Positions 38,731-49,674 of a stretch of DNA of 64,000 bases are shown here, in pieces; the stretch's first letter is position 1; each line of letters opens with the position of its first letter. The translations under genes and the position numbers were made by a program. The stretch comes from Candidatus Dojkabacteria bacterium (GTDB taxonomy: Bacteria > Patescibacteriota > Dojkabacteria > J137), in assembly GCA_025999215.1 (NCBI GenBank), contig AP024679.1:633924-697923 (forward strand), given 5' to 3'. Under the pieces are notes generated by a model that was not told where the DNA came from, did not search any database, and saw only the letters and a list, made by a program, of their open reading frames with translations.

Positions 38731-40422
38731 TTATTTTTTAGTACGTTTTACAATATATTTTGACAATTTATAAATAAGTAATATTAAAATCACTAAAACT
38801 GTAAAAAGTCCCACTCCCAAAATGATAGGATGAAAGCTAACTTTTACTTTTTGAGTCTGAGATTTATAGAGATTATCAATATTGGCTTCCACTGTAATTT
38901 GATTGTCACTTCCTCCCCAAAACTTTCCTAAAGTTAGATTATTCAAGACTAAATCTACATTTTGTTGAGGCAACAATATAATATCTTCTATTTTAATTTT
39001 TTCTTTATTTACAAAGATGTCTTGTATTTCCAAAATTTTATTTGACTTGTTCGTCACTTTTAGTAAGAGATCAAATGGAAAACCGAAATAAACTTGCGTA
39101 GGTAGTGAAATAGATAAATCATAATTAATTTGCTTGTCATCAAAACTTGGATTTATAGAATTAATTTTAATTTGCTGATAATTTTTATTTTTTAAACCCA
39201 AAAAATTATTTTCAGATTTCTCAAAATTTGGCTCCACAACTCCCCACGGTATACGAAGATTATAATTTGTTTCCCTCAAATAAATACCTGACTGTGTGTG
39301 TAAAAATGGATCAAAAATTAAAAAATTTTGTTCATCATGAATAACACACCACACATAAGGAAGAGTAGGTTCAATGCCAGGCAAGAATTTACCAACAAAA
39401 TAACCGTACTCCAAATATCCTTTCAGCCCAGAATTTTGCGCAGCACTAACTAGGTAAATACAAGCTTCAAAGTTGTTTAAAGTTTTATTACTTAAATTTT
39501 TTTCAAATAAAGAATTATCAAAATTAACATCTCGTTGCGCTTTAATTTCATAATCATCAAAAAACTGAAAATAAAACTTTTCAAAATTTTCTAAGTTTTT
39601 AAAATCCGCCTTAAAATCTATATTTGCTCCGTAGTTAATATTTTCATTAAAATTGTTTGTGTTGCTAACCCCAAGACTTATTTGTTGATTATCCATAGCA
39701 TCTACTTCCACCCATAAATTTTGAAAATTATCAACAAAAGCTTTTTGTAAATTTAACTCTTTTAGTAAAATTACATCTTGATTCACAACTCTTGGAAAAT
39801 TAATAAAACCACTACTTTCTAAATTTATAGTATAATCAACTCTCCACATATTATTGTTTTTTATCCAAGCGAAGTAGTGAGAATTAAAATCAGATATATT
39901 AATTGTTAAATTACTTATAAATTCTTCTTTTCCGACAAAATTTAAATTCTCAAAACTTTGAGGTAGTTTTATTTTAATGTTATGTTTTGTACTTTCATCA
40001 AAATTTTGTATAGGAACAAAAAGTTCCCACAATCCATCAATTGATTGAGCAATTATTTTATTTGATGAAAAATCAACTTCTATATCTATTATTTCTCCAT
40101 ATTCCAAAGCTTGATTTTGAAAATTTATACTTAAAATGTCGAACTCAAGGTTTTTAACTTGAAACTGTAGATTTTTACCTTCAGATTTAACAGAGTTTAC
40201 CCTAACATCATGAAAAGGTATGGTGAAATCATAACCACCTATAATTTTACTTAAGTCGTTATTTTGAATTTTAATTTTAGTTTTTGCTCTACTCTCAAGA
40301 TTTTCAGATACATCTACTTCGGTTGAAATATCAACATTAATGCTAGATGCATCTACTTGAGTTATTGTAAAAAATAAAAACAAGAATAATAAAAAAAATG
40401 TTGTTTTGAATAAATTGTTCAT
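38731..40422 (-). CDS. Secreted/surface-anchored protein with possible transglutaminase-like cysteine protease core
   Basis: N-terminal signal peptide and a C-terminal TM anchor with a KRTKK tail. Possible Cys...His...Asp core (EACIYL..., YVWCVIHDEQNFLIFDP) with low similarity. Confidence 0.4.
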   Translation of the reverse strand: MNNLFKTTFFLLFLFLFFTITQVDASSINVDISTEVDVSENLESRAKTKIKIQNNDLSKIIGGYDFTIPFHDVRVNSVKSEGKNLQFQVKNLEFDILSINFQNQALEYGEIIDIEVDFSSNKIIAQSIDGLWELFVPIQNFDESTKHNIKIKLPQSFENLNFVGKEEFISNLTINISDFNSHYFAWIKNNNMWRVDYTINLESSGFINFPRVVNQDVILLKELNLQKAFVDNFQNLWVEVDAMDNQQISLGVSNTNNFNENINYGANIDFKADFKNLENFEKFYFQFFDDYEIKAQRDVNFDNSLFEKNLSNKTLNNFEACIYLVSAAQNSGLKGYLEYGYFVGKFLPGIEPTLPYVWCVIHDEQNFLIFDPFLHTQSGIYLRETNYNLRIPWGVVEPNFEKSENNFLGLKNKNYQQIKINSINPSFDDKQINYDLSISLPTQVYFGFPFDLLLKVTNKSNKILEIQDIFVNKEKIKIEDIILLPQQNVDLVLNNLTLGKFWGGSDNQITVEANIDNLYKSQTQKVKVSFHPIILGVGLFTVLVILILLIYKLSKYIVKRTKK

Positions 40423-40467
40423 ATTTTTTATTTTATTGATATAATTTTACAGTATTTTTTTTGACTA

Positions 40468-41277
40468 ATGTTACACAAACATAAATTTAAAAAGTTTTTC
40501 GGCCAAAATTTTTTAACCAATCCTGTCTTTGCCAATGAAATTATTAATTTATCTAAAATAGATAAAGAAACTCATGTTTTAGAAATTGGTCCTGGCTTGG
40601 GATATTTAACAAAATTTTTACTGGAACACTCAGCAAAAGTTACTGCCGTAGAAATTGATTTCAGTTTAATTCCAAAACTTCTGAAAAAATTTTCCATACA
40701 CCCTAACTTTGAGCTGATAAATGAAGATATTTTAAAAATTAATCTAGACGAAATATTTAAAGACTCTAAAAAAATATGCATTGTTGGATCTTTGCCTTTT
40801 AATATATCAAAAAAAATTATTAGAAAAACTATTGATTTTGGGATGTACACAAACAGCGAACTAAAGCCTTTTACTTTCATTGTGCAAGATGAAGTAGCCA
40901 ATCTTTATACAAATTTAGATAATAAGCTAGGGGTAATATATCAACATTATTGTAATGTAAAAAAAGCTAATGTTATTCCAGCTTCGGCATTTACTCCTAA
41001 ACCCAAAGTAAATGGAGCAATTTTATGTTTTGAAATTAATAAAAAGCAAAAAAATACTAATTTTGAAACTCTGGTAAAACAAGCTTTCACTCAACCCAGA
41101 AAAACGCTTTATAACAATCTAAAGAAAGCATACCAATTAGACAACTTGGAAAGATCATTTAAAAAATTAAATTTAAACAAAAACACCAGAGCGGCAGAAT
41201 TAAACATAGATACTTGGGAAAAGTTAGCAGAAGAGTTATCTAATAGTTATAGTTACACTTTCACTAACAACTCTTGA
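40468..41277 (+). CDS. rsmA: 16S rRNA (adenine1518/1519-N6)-dimethyltransferase
   Basis: FGQNFLTNPVFANEI...VLEIGPGLGYLT SAM-binding motifs. Confidence 0.85.
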   Translation: MLHKHKFKKFFGQNFLTNPVFANEIINLSKIDKETHVLEIGPGLGYLTKFLLEHSAKVTAVEIDFSLIPKLLKKFSIHPNFELINEDILKINLDEIFKDSKKICIVGSLPFNISKKIIRKTIDFGMYTNSELKPFTFIVQDEVANLYTNLDNKLGVIYQHYCNVKKANVIPASAFTPKPKVNGAILCFEINKKQKNTNFETLVKQAFTQPRKTLYNNLKKAYQLDNLERSFKKLNLNKNTRAAELNIDTWEKLAEELSNSYSYTFTNNS

Positions 41278-41760
41278 TTTAATATAGATTTTGGCGGTAA
41301 TTGTGTTAACTCCTTTGTCTAGTTTCAGAGTAATTTTACTTGGAGAATACTGAGATATATTGGTTTCCACAAAATTCTTTATTTTTTGATTATTTTCAAC
41401 TTCCCAAAAAATATCAAAAGTTAAGCTTTCATTATTTCCCCAAGCAAACCCATCAACTATAGGCAGCGCGCTAAAACTATACTCTGTTGGTGAAATTTTA
41501 GTGTATGAAATGCTTAGCTCAACCTTAGAATCTGCGCTAATGCCTTCTGTTCCTTGATCATAATTATTCAAATAATATCCCAAGCCCAAACTGGAACCTA
41601 ACATAGTTAAAGCTACAGCTAACGCCAAAGTTTTTCCCAAAAATCCATACCTGGGTCTTTGTAATTTTTTAATTTTAAGGCCTTGAAAAATAATAACTAT
41701 AACCAAAACTAAAATGATTAGCCCAAGCACAATGTATACTAAATTATCATTTAAATTCAT
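41236..41760 (-). CDS. Hypothetical membrane-anchored protein
   Basis: N-terminal TM helix and a beta-rich extracytoplasmic domain; overlaps the rsmA 3' end by 42 nt. Confidence 0.4.
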   Translation of the reverse strand: MNLNDNLVYIVLGLIILVLVIVIIFQGLKIKKLQRPRYGFLGKTLALAVALTMLGSSLGLGYYLNNYDQGTEGISADSKVELSISYTKISPTEYSFSALPIVDGFAWGNNESLTFDIFWEVENNQKIKNFVETNISQYSPSKITLKLDKGVNTITAKIYIKSRVVSESVTITIR

Positions 41761-41764
41761 GGTA

Positions 41765-42793
41765 TTACAATAACTTAATATAATTAAATTTCAAATTATA
41801 TTTGTTCAAAATTTCTAGCAGTTCTACCATCAACTGGTCTTTTTCAATATCTTGATTAGCTAACTTAAAACATACCTCAATTATTTTTGCATCTGGCTTT
41901 ATTTCTTTGGTAAAAATTTCAAAATTATCTATATAATCTAAATTTTCTTTTAAATTTTTCTGAAGAATTTTTACTTCGTTAATGCTTGGTTCATCTTGCA
42001 AAGTGAGCTCAATTTCTAAATTTATGCGTTGAAAATTCTTATCTTGAAAATTAGTTATTGCTTTTGAAACAATTTCACTGTTTGGGATAATAATTAATTG
42101 ATTCTCACTTCCTTGTAATTTAATGCTTCTTAAGCCAATTTTTTGTACAACTCCCTCTATTGAATCGCTAATTTTTATTCTATCTCCAACCAAAAAAGGC
42201 TTATCTAGTATCAAAACTATTGAGGAAATTAAATCAAAAATTATTTTTCTAATCCCAAAAGCTATAGCAAAACCGGTAATTCCTAATCCAGCAACAAAAG
42301 TTGATACATCAATACCCATATTAGAAAGCAAAAAAACAAATGCCAAAACCCAAATCACAACTAGAAAAGTATTAGATAAATATTGGTATATGTTTTTAGA
42401 TTCTTTATCATCAATTACTTTTAACCTGCTGATTATAAATATCCTGTAAAAGTATGAAAAAAGCTGAATTATTTGAAAAATTACAATAACTAATATCCCA
42501 GTTTCAATATATTTGCCAATTGAATAATCTAATCTATCTCTAATAGGTAGTAATGATATAAAAATAGAAAGAAGAACAATTGAAAATGTTGGTAATATTT
42601 TTGATTTATCAAAATTTATAGAATCATTTTTCTTAAATATTTTGTAAAGTAAAGCGCTGAACTTATTTTTAAAGTAAACTAAAAATAAAAAACTTCCAAT
42701 TAGCAAAATTAATGAATAAAAATAATCTTGCTCTAAATTTTGTAAGTTACTTATAAACCTTTCAAAATCCATTTTTATAAAATTAAAAAACAA
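41765..42793 (-). CDS. mscS: Small-conductance mechanosensitive channel (MscS family)
   Basis: Three TM helices then the MscS beta-domain motif (PFLVGDRIKISDSIEGVVQKIGLRSIKL). Confidence 0.8.
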   Translation of the reverse strand: MFFNFIKMDFERFISNLQNLEQDYFYSLILLIGSFLFLVYFKNKFSALLYKIFKKNDSINFDKSKILPTFSIVLLSIFISLLPIRDRLDYSIGKYIETGILVIVIFQIIQLFSYFYRIFIISRLKVIDDKESKNIYQYLSNTFLVVIWVLAFVFLLSNMGIDVSTFVAGLGITGFAIAFGIRKIIFDLISSIVLILDKPFLVGDRIKISDSIEGVVQKIGLRSIKLQGSENQLIIIPNSEIVSKAITNFQDKNFQRINLEIELTLQDEPSINEVKILQKNLKENLDYIDNFEIFTKEIKPDAKIIEVCFKLANQDIEKDQLMVELLEILNKYNLKFNYIKLL

Positions 42794-43491
42794 TTGACAA
42801 TAAAAATAAAAATTACTTTTGTAAAGAAAATTCTTCCTTTTGACATTGTACCATCTCCACAGTCACAAATAGGTAAATTTTTCTTCAAATCAAATGATAA
42901 GATTAGTGAAATTAATACAGAAATTCCTAAAAATAAAAAATAGTTTAACAAAGAAATGAAATTAATTTTTAATAAAATAAAAAAGATGCTTGGTATCGCA
43001 AAATATAAACTTTTAAAATTTCTTTTACTGAGTGAGAAATCAGTTAAAAATGATACAAAAACCACTATCAAGTAAAACTCTTTTTGAGTGAAATTAAAAA
43101 CATAATAAGCAAAAATTGAATACAACAACAAATCAATAATTGTTGCCCCAATACCTACACTTTGACTTATTATTCTTAATACAAAAAGTATAAATACTAT
43201 CTCTATAATTGAAATATCTAAACTTTTTTGTGTAAAAAGTAGGAGCAAATTAGATAATACTGCAAACACATTTGCAACTACAGGGTATGATGGATACAGC
43301 TCTCTAAAAATTGCCCATACTAAAAATACTAATATAAATGAGTACCAAACTAGTTTTTTTTCAAAATCAAAAAATGTAACCAATAAGCTAAACTGCAAAA
43401 AAGTTAAAACAGTAACAAAAAAAATAAAAATATTTGATTTGTATTTAAAATCAAGAGGACGAGGGAAGCAAGAAAAATAGCGAATTTTCAT
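42775..43491 (-). CDS. Polytopic membrane protein, hypothetical
   Basis: 238 aa with about 7 TM helices and a C-terminal CDCGDG motif. Confidence 0.4.
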   Translation of the reverse strand: MKIRYFSCFPRPLDFKYKSNIFIFFVTVLTFLQFSLLVTFFDFEKKLVWYSFILVFLVWAIFRELYPSYPVVANVFAVLSNLLLLFTQKSLDISIIEIVFILFVLRIISQSVGIGATIIDLLLYSIFAYYVFNFTQKEFYLIVVFVSFLTDFSLSKRNFKSLYFAIPSIFFILLKINFISLLNYFLFLGISVLISLILSFDLKKNLPICDCGDGTMSKGRIFFTKVIFIFIVNCFLIL

Positions 43492-43492
43492 A

Positions 43493-44125
43493 CTATTTTA
43501 AAATTTCAAGCAACAATTTAAAAGAATCATAGTACGCTTTAGAGTTCTCATTAAAAGGAAAATTGAAGCTGCTAACACAAACTTTACTTGTGCATGCATA
43601 TGCGCTAAAAACAAAAGCTTCTTCATTAATTAATTCTCTATCAATATCATTTGTAGGCTCCTCAACAATACTCTTACGAGCAATTAACTCTGCTTCTTCA
43701 CCAAAAAGCTCAATAGTACCTTCACTAACTTCTTGACCACCCATGAATTTAGGTTTTACAAAATAATCACTTACAAATGCAATGCTTTCATTTAACTCAC
43801 TATCGTAAATTTCAATCGCAATGCAAGTTGTATCGCAGTAGTACTGTTCTGAAATAAACTCTCTTCCCTGAAATATAGATACAATATTATATCGCTCTGG
43901 CAATTCTCTTTCAAAACCTTTGATATTAACTAAACTAGGATTAGAATTTGGCAAAATCTTTGAAAGAGTATCTTCACTAAAATTTAAACTATTTTCAGGA
44001 GATGTATCTTCTTGAGAGCCATAAAAAAAGTTATATGCAAGCAAACTTAAAAATATAACAAGGCCTAAAGCCAATAAAATAATAAAAGTTTGAGTTTTTA
44101 GTATTTTTTTATTTTGGTTCTTCAT
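43493..44125 (-). CDS. Hypothetical membrane-anchored protein
   Basis: N-terminal TM helix and an extracytoplasmic domain with cysteines. Confidence 0.4.
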   Translation of the reverse strand: MKNQNKKILKTQTFIILLALGLVIFLSLLAYNFFYGSQEDTSPENSLNFSEDTLSKILPNSNPSLVNIKGFERELPERYNIVSIFQGREFISEQYYCDTTCIAIEIYDSELNESIAFVSDYFVKPKFMGGQEVSEGTIELFGEEAELIARKSIVEEPTNDIDRELINEEAFVFSAYACTSKVCVSSFNFPFNENSKAYYDSFKLLLEILK

Positions 44126-44162
44126 GTTAATATAATTTTAAATAAAATCTTATAAAAAGTAA

Positions 44163-44402
44163 ATGAATAAAAAACTGCTTAGAATATTAAAAAATAATGA
44201 TAGTAAGTTCTTATTAGTTGACAAAGAACTACAAGAATTAATCACTAAATTAAGTCAGACTATGAATACTAATGCTCATGATGTTGTAAAAACTGCATTA
44301 AAAATTTTAGATAAAAGTATAGGAAAAAAAGTTATTATCAGAGATACAAATGCCAAAATAGATGAAGAAATTACAGCTTTTGAAAATATCAACAAAATAT
44401 GA
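44163..44402 (+). CDS. Small hypothetical protein
   Basis: 79-aa ORF, translationally coupled to the next ORF (ATGA overlap). Confidence 0.35.
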   Translation: MNKKLLRILKNNDSKFLLVDKELQELITKLSQTMNTNAHDVVKTALKILDKSIGKKVIIRDTNAKIDEEITAFENINKI

Positions 44403-44797
44403 ACGAACAAGAAAAGGAACCAAAACTAATAGAATTTATAGACCCTAACGAATTAATAAGTTTTGAAGAAAATACTGATGACGAAGAAAATACGATTTCT
44501 GAGGAATCTTTTGAAGAAGTTTTAAGTGAATATAAACAAGACGAGTACGCCCAAAAAATTGATCAGACATCAATTCTTAGAAAACGAGAAGATTATAGGG
44601 GAATTTTGGCATTGGTTTACACTGCTTGTACTTTTATTGTTTTCTTGGTAGTAATCGCAATATCTGTTATTGATGGTCTCAATAGAGATGTTAGTATTAT
44701 TGTGAATTTAAAAGAAACTATACCTCTTGTATCTGGAGTTTTTTTAGGAACTCTGGGTTTCGTGTTAGGTTACTACTTTAAAAAAGATAATGAGTGA
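44399..44797 (+). CDS. Hypothetical protein: acidic N-terminus with C-terminal TM helices
   Basis: 132-aa ORF; overlaps the GNAT gene start by 4 nt. Confidence 0.35.
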   Translation: MNEQEKEPKLIEFIDPNELISFEENTDDEENTISEESFEEVLSEYKQDEYAQKIDQTSILRKREDYRGILALVYTACTFIVFLVVIAISVIDGLNRDVSIIVNLKETIPLVSGVFLGTLGFVLGYYFKKDNE

Positions 44798-45309
44798 TGT
44801 ACACTTTCAGATTTGCTACAGAAAAAGACTTTCAAAAGATTAAGGTAATGATGTTACAAGCACTAATTGAATCAAGTGTTGCGTTTACATTAACCTATAG
44901 TGAAGCAACCAATGCAAGTGATTCTTGGTGGAATGCTTACCTAAATAATTTTTTTGATCGCAAGCGAGGCTCAATGATACTTTCATTTAATCAAAATGAA
45001 CTTGTTGGTATGGGTGGAATATTATTTAATTCATATACCAAGAAAAAACATGTTGGAGAATTGGTTTGGATATACACCGATGTTGGTTTTAGACAACAAG
45101 GTATAGCTCAAAAAGTTCTTAAAGAATTAATTAACCTGGCAGAAGAAAATAAACTTCTGAAGCTAAATTTAAGTGTAATAAATACTCAGACCAAAGCAAT
45201 AAATCTTTATAAAAAAAATGGATTTGTCGTTAGCGGAATTATGAAAAAAGAAATAAAAAATAATGATATATATCAAGATTTAATCTTAATGGAAAAGTTT
45301 TTAGCATGA
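44794..45309 (+). CDS. GNAT-family N-acetyltransferase
   Basis: Acetyl-CoA binding motif (VGFRQQGIAQKVLKELINLA). Confidence 0.7.
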   Translation: MMYTFRFATEKDFQKIKVMMLQALIESSVAFTLTYSEATNASDSWWNAYLNNFFDRKRGSMILSFNQNELVGMGGILFNSYTKKKHVGELVWIYTDVGFRQQGIAQKVLKELINLAEENKLLKLNLSVINTQTKAINLYKKNGFVVSGIMKKEIKNNDIYQDLILMEKFLA

Positions 45310-46145
45310 AACTTGAAATTGATATATCACAATTTAATTTTCAAAAAAATCTATTAGGAGGACAATCCTTCACTTGGATTAAAGAAGATGAGAAATTTGT
45401 AGGTATAACAAAAAATAAAATCATATTTTTAGAACCAACAAAATCTGGCTTTAAATGTGAGACTTATCCACAAGATGATGATACTATATTTATACAAAAA
45501 TACTTTAGGCTTAATGAAAATTACGATCAAATTATAGAAAATTTTAAACATGATCCATTTTTTTTACAGGCTAACCAACAAATTCCAGGAATAAGATTAC
45601 TTAATCAAGAAATCGAAGTTGTAATTTTTTCATTTATTTTAGCTACAGCGAAAAATGTGAACTCGATTAAAAAATGTGTTTTAAATTTAATAGATAAATT
45701 AGGCGAAAAAATAACAATCAAATCCAAAACATATAGACTGTTTCCAACCACTGAAGCTATAGCTAAAGTACCTATTGAAGTTCTTTTAGAAACTGGCGCA
45801 GGTTTTAGAGCTAAATATTTAAAATCAACTGCACAGAGATTATTAAATGATAATTTTGACTTTGAAATCGAATCAGAAGAAAAAGTTAAACAATACCTGC
45901 TATCATTAGATGGAATTGGACCAAAAGTTGCAGATTGTATAATGCTTTTTGGGTTAGCTTATGATCATCGCAATCCGATTGATGTATGGGGTTATAGAAT
46001 TCTTGAAAAATGGTATAAACAAAAAAATAATAAAAAATATGAAGATCATCAAACTTGGTTTAGAGATTATTTTGGAGAAAAAGCAGGCTGGGCAGGCCAT
46101 GTGCTATTTGAGTATGCAAGAGAAAATCCAAATTTGTTAAAATAA
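45306..46145 (+). CDS. ogg: 8-oxoguanine DNA glycosylase, OGG1-type (HhH-GPD)
   Basis: N-terminal LLGGQSFTW and an HhH-GPD motif (LLSLDGIGPKVADCIMLFGL...D). Confidence 0.75.
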   Translation: MKLEIDISQFNFQKNLLGGQSFTWIKEDEKFVGITKNKIIFLEPTKSGFKCETYPQDDDTIFIQKYFRLNENYDQIIENFKHDPFFLQANQQIPGIRLLNQEIEVVIFSFILATAKNVNSIKKCVLNLIDKLGEKITIKSKTYRLFPTTEAIAKVPIEVLLETGAGFRAKYLKSTAQRLLNDNFDFEIESEEKVKQYLLSLDGIGPKVADCIMLFGLAYDHRNPIDVWGYRILEKWYKQKNNKKYEDHQTWFRDYFGEKAGWAGHVLFEYARENPNLLK

Positions 46146-46154
46146 AAATAATTT

Positions 46155-49100
46155 ATGGCAAAACAATTTACACACCTACATGTCCATACTCATTATTCTC
46201 TGCTTGATGGAGTAAACACAACATATCATCTTTTAGAGAAAGTAAAAAATAGTGGAATGGAAGCGATCGCGATCACTGATCATGGGGTTTTATACGGAGT
46301 TCCAGAATTTTGGAAAACTTCAAAAGATTTTGGTATCAAACCGATTTTAGGATGTGAAATCTATTTATCTCCCAAAAAACACACGCTCAAACAACCTGTA
46401 AACGGAATTAAGTATTACCATCTTTTGTTGCTTGCTAAAAATTTAGATGGATATAAAAATTTAATCAAAATTGTTACTAAAGCACATGTTGAAGGGTTTT
46501 ACTATAAACCAAGAATTGACATAGAAACTTTGAAAAAATATTCAGAAAATTTAATTTGTACATCAGCTTGTTTAGCAAGTCCTATTGCAAGACATATTAT
46601 TAGAAACCAGGAAAAAATAGCCCTGGATTGGATGCTTAAGCTAAAAGATATATTTAAAGAAGATTTTTATCTTGAGCTTCAAAGACATGTTCATCACGGA
46701 TCAGATGAAATTGATGAAAAAAATATGCAAAATTTAAGTGAAGATGCAATTGATTTAATGAAAAAACAGATTAAAGTCAATAAAAAACTCAAAGAATGGA
46801 GTGAAAAATATAATATTCCTCTTATCGCTACAACCGATGCGCACTATCTTGATGATAAAGATAAAGAAGTTCAAAGCGTATTATTTTGTATAAAAGATGG
46901 ACTTACTTTAACTGACGAAAGAGCAAGAAAGGGCTACATTGGAACGTATATTAAAACTCCTGAAGAAATGTACCAAGTCTATGCAGATGATCATACTCCA
47001 TTAATCAACACAATGGAAATAGCGGACAAAGTTGAAATAATTAATCTTAAGCCCGATAGAGTTCAGCCAAAATTTTGGAATTTGCCCAAAAATAAATCTT
47101 CCTTTGATGAGCTTAGAGAACAAACTTTTGAGAGGGCAAAGCAAAAATTTGGAGACAATTTAAGCGATGAAATCGTCGAAAGATTAGAAAATGAGCTTTA
47201 TGTAATAAACAAAATGGGATACAGTGATTATTTTTTGGTAGTTGGTGACATAATGCAGTATGCAAGACGTAGCGGTATTGTTGTTGGAGTTCGAGGATCG
47301 GCAGCCGGAAGTCTTGTATCTTACTGTTTGGGTATCACCAATGTTGATCCTATAAAATGGGGATTGGTATTTGAGAGATTTTTAAATCTAGAAAGAGCTT
47401 CTCCTCCAGATATTGATATGGATATTGAAGATGATGAGCGAGATAAAATTGTAGAGTATGTTAAAGAAAAGTACGGTAAGAGCAGTGTTGCAGCAATCAT
47501 TACTTTTGGAAAAATGACAACTAAGGCAGCTATCCGAGATGCAGCTCGAGTAATGGGCATTGATTTACAAACTGCGGATAAATTATCAAAAATGGTAACT
47601 GTTTTGTTTGGTAAACCATTTAGTTGGGATAAAATGATGGAAACTGATCCCGATTTTAAAAATCTAGTTGAATCTGATGAAAGATTACAGAAATTAGGAG
47701 AAATTGTCAGAAAAATTGATGGATTAAATCGTCACACTGGAGTGCATGCAGCAGGATACTTGATAACGCCAGGACCTCTAGATGAGTTTATGGCCTATCA
47801 AATTGATACTAAAAACCCTGATTTGTTTGTAACTCAAATGGACGGGACTTGGATAGATAAACTTGATTTTATGAAATTTGATTTTTTGGGATTAAGAACT
47901 TTAACGATAATTAAAAATGCAATTTTATACATCAAAGATAGGCACGGTATTGATATTAATCTAGAAGAAATTAATGTTAATCCAACGCAAGGTGAGTTTG
48001 ATCCTAAAGCTTTAGAGATTTTCCAAAAAGGAGAAACTGTAGGCGTATTTCAATTTGAATCTCCACCAATGCAAAAATACTTAGTTGAACTTAGTCCAAA
48101 AAACTTGGAAGATATTTGTTTCATGGCGGCAGCATACAGACCTGGACCAATGCAATATATCCCTAGCTACATTGAAATAAGGCAAGGTAAAAAAGAACCC
48201 GAATACTTAATTCCAGAGCTTGAAGAAATTTTAAAAGATACTTTAGGTTTTCCTGTTTATCAAGAACAGCTTTTAAAAATTTGTCAAAAATTAGGAGGAT
48301 TTTCACTCGGTGATGGCGATGTTATTCGAAATGCTTTGAAGAAAAAGCAGTTAGAAATTTTAAAAGCTAAAGAAGAAGATTTTAAAAAATATTTTTTAGA
48401 ACACTTTGATTACGGCCCAGAAATTGCAGATAAAATTTGGGCGCAGTTAGAACCGTTTGCATCATACGGATTTAATAAAGCTCACGCGGCAAGCTATGCA
48501 GCAGTTGCTTATTGGTGCGCATATTTGAAAGGAAACTATCCGCTCGAATTTATTACTGCACTTATGCATTCAGATTTAGAGAATACTGATAGAATTACAA
48601 TTGACATTAAAGATGCAAAACGATTAGGTTTTAAAATATTACCTCCAGACATTAATAAATCTGATATTTATTTTTTACCAGAAGGTGATAACTCTATTAG
48701 ATTTGGTTTGGGAGCTATTAAAAATGTTGGAACAAAGGTTTGCAAATTAATTATTGAAGAAAGACAAAAGAATGGCGAATATAAAAGTCTAGATGAACTG
48801 ATATTTCGCGTTGGCACAGGAAACATCAACAAAAAAGCTTGTGAATGTTTAATACAAGCAGGTGCCATGGATTCTTTTGGTGATAGAAAAGGGTTATTAA
48901 GCATTATTCCTGAAGTTTATGAAAAAGTTCAAAAAAGAGAAAAACAAGAATCTCTAGGTCAAAGTGATTTATTTAGCGTTCTTAGTGAAAATCCAACTCA
49001 AGTTAGTATTGAACCTACCAAAATTCCAGAAAATTTCAAAGCTACTTCTCAAGAAAAATTAAATTGGGAAAGAGAATTGATGGGAGTTTTTATATCTTCA

Positions 49101-49646
49101 CACCCTCTTGATCAGTATAAATGGATTAATTTAAATGCAGAATTTTGTGAAATAGAAAATGTTTTGTACAAAAATGCTGATACAAAAGTTAAAATACCAT
49201 GCGTAATATCTGACATTAAAATAACTCATACCAAAAAAGATAATAGAAAAATGTTAATTCTAACACTTGAAGATAAAAGTGGTGCTATTGGTGGAATTAT
49301 TTTTCCAAATGCATATTCAGAGATTTCCCAAAATATAAACTTAGAAAATGGAATGGCAGTAATTGTAGAAGGTACAATTAATCAAAGGGACGATGAGAAA
49401 ACAATAATTATTAATGCTATTTCTCTACTTAGTAACTTAACGCCTCCAGATCAAATAACCATAAATATTATTGGAGTCAAAGATAAACAAAAGCTAGAAA
49501 ATTTAAAGAGTATATTCAGCGACACTGGAGATTTAAAAATCACAATTGTATACGGTACCACAAAAAATCCAAAACATATTTTCAAATACACTAAACTCAC
49601 AGAACACAACGTAGCGATCCTAAATGATTGGATCACAAAATATTAA
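46155..49646 (+). CDS. dnaE: DNA polymerase III alpha subunit
   Basis: PHP domain (FTHLHVHTHYSLLDG), polymerase core and an OB fold; 1163 aa, intact. Confidence 0.95.
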   Translation: MAKQFTHLHVHTHYSLLDGVNTTYHLLEKVKNSGMEAIAITDHGVLYGVPEFWKTSKDFGIKPILGCEIYLSPKKHTLKQPVNGIKYYHLLLLAKNLDGYKNLIKIVTKAHVEGFYYKPRIDIETLKKYSENLICTSACLASPIARHIIRNQEKIALDWMLKLKDIFKEDFYLELQRHVHHGSDEIDEKNMQNLSEDAIDLMKKQIKVNKKLKEWSEKYNIPLIATTDAHYLDDKDKEVQSVLFCIKDGLTLTDERARKGYIGTYIKTPEEMYQVYADDHTPLINTMEIADKVEIINLKPDRVQPKFWNLPKNKSSFDELREQTFERAKQKFGDNLSDEIVERLENELYVINKMGYSDYFLVVGDIMQYARRSGIVVGVRGSAAGSLVSYCLGITNVDPIKWGLVFERFLNLERASPPDIDMDIEDDERDKIVEYVKEKYGKSSVAAIITFGKMTTKAAIRDAARVMGIDLQTADKLSKMVTVLFGKPFSWDKMMETDPDFKNLVESDERLQKLGEIVRKIDGLNRHTGVHAAGYLITPGPLDEFMAYQIDTKNPDLFVTQMDGTWIDKLDFMKFDFLGLRTLTIIKNAILYIKDRHGIDINLEEINVNPTQGEFDPKALEIFQKGETVGVFQFESPPMQKYLVELSPKNLEDICFMAAAYRPGPMQYIPSYIEIRQGKKEPEYLIPELEEILKDTLGFPVYQEQLLKICQKLGGFSLGDGDVIRNALKKKQLEILKAKEEDFKKYFLEHFDYGPEIADKIWAQLEPFASYGFNKAHAASYAAVAYWCAYLKGNYPLEFITALMHSDLENTDRITIDIKDAKRLGFKILPPDINKSDIYFLPEGDNSIRFGLGAIKNVGTKVCKLIIEERQKNGEYKSLDELIFRVGTGNINKKACECLIQAGAMDSFGDRKGLLSIIPEVYEKVQKREKQESLGQSDLFSVLSENPTQVSIEPTKIPENFKATSQEKLNWERELMGVFISSHPLDQYKWINLNAEFCEIENVLYKNADTKVKIPCVISDIKITHTKKDNRKMLILTLEDKSGAIGGIIFPNAYSEISQNINLENGMAVIVEGTINQRDDEKTIIINAISLLSNLTPPDQITINIIGVKDKQKLENLKSIFSDTGDLKITIVYGTTKNPKHIFKYTKLTEHNVAILNDWITKY

Positions 49647-49674
49647 ATTTTCCCACCAACCCACCCTAGTTTTT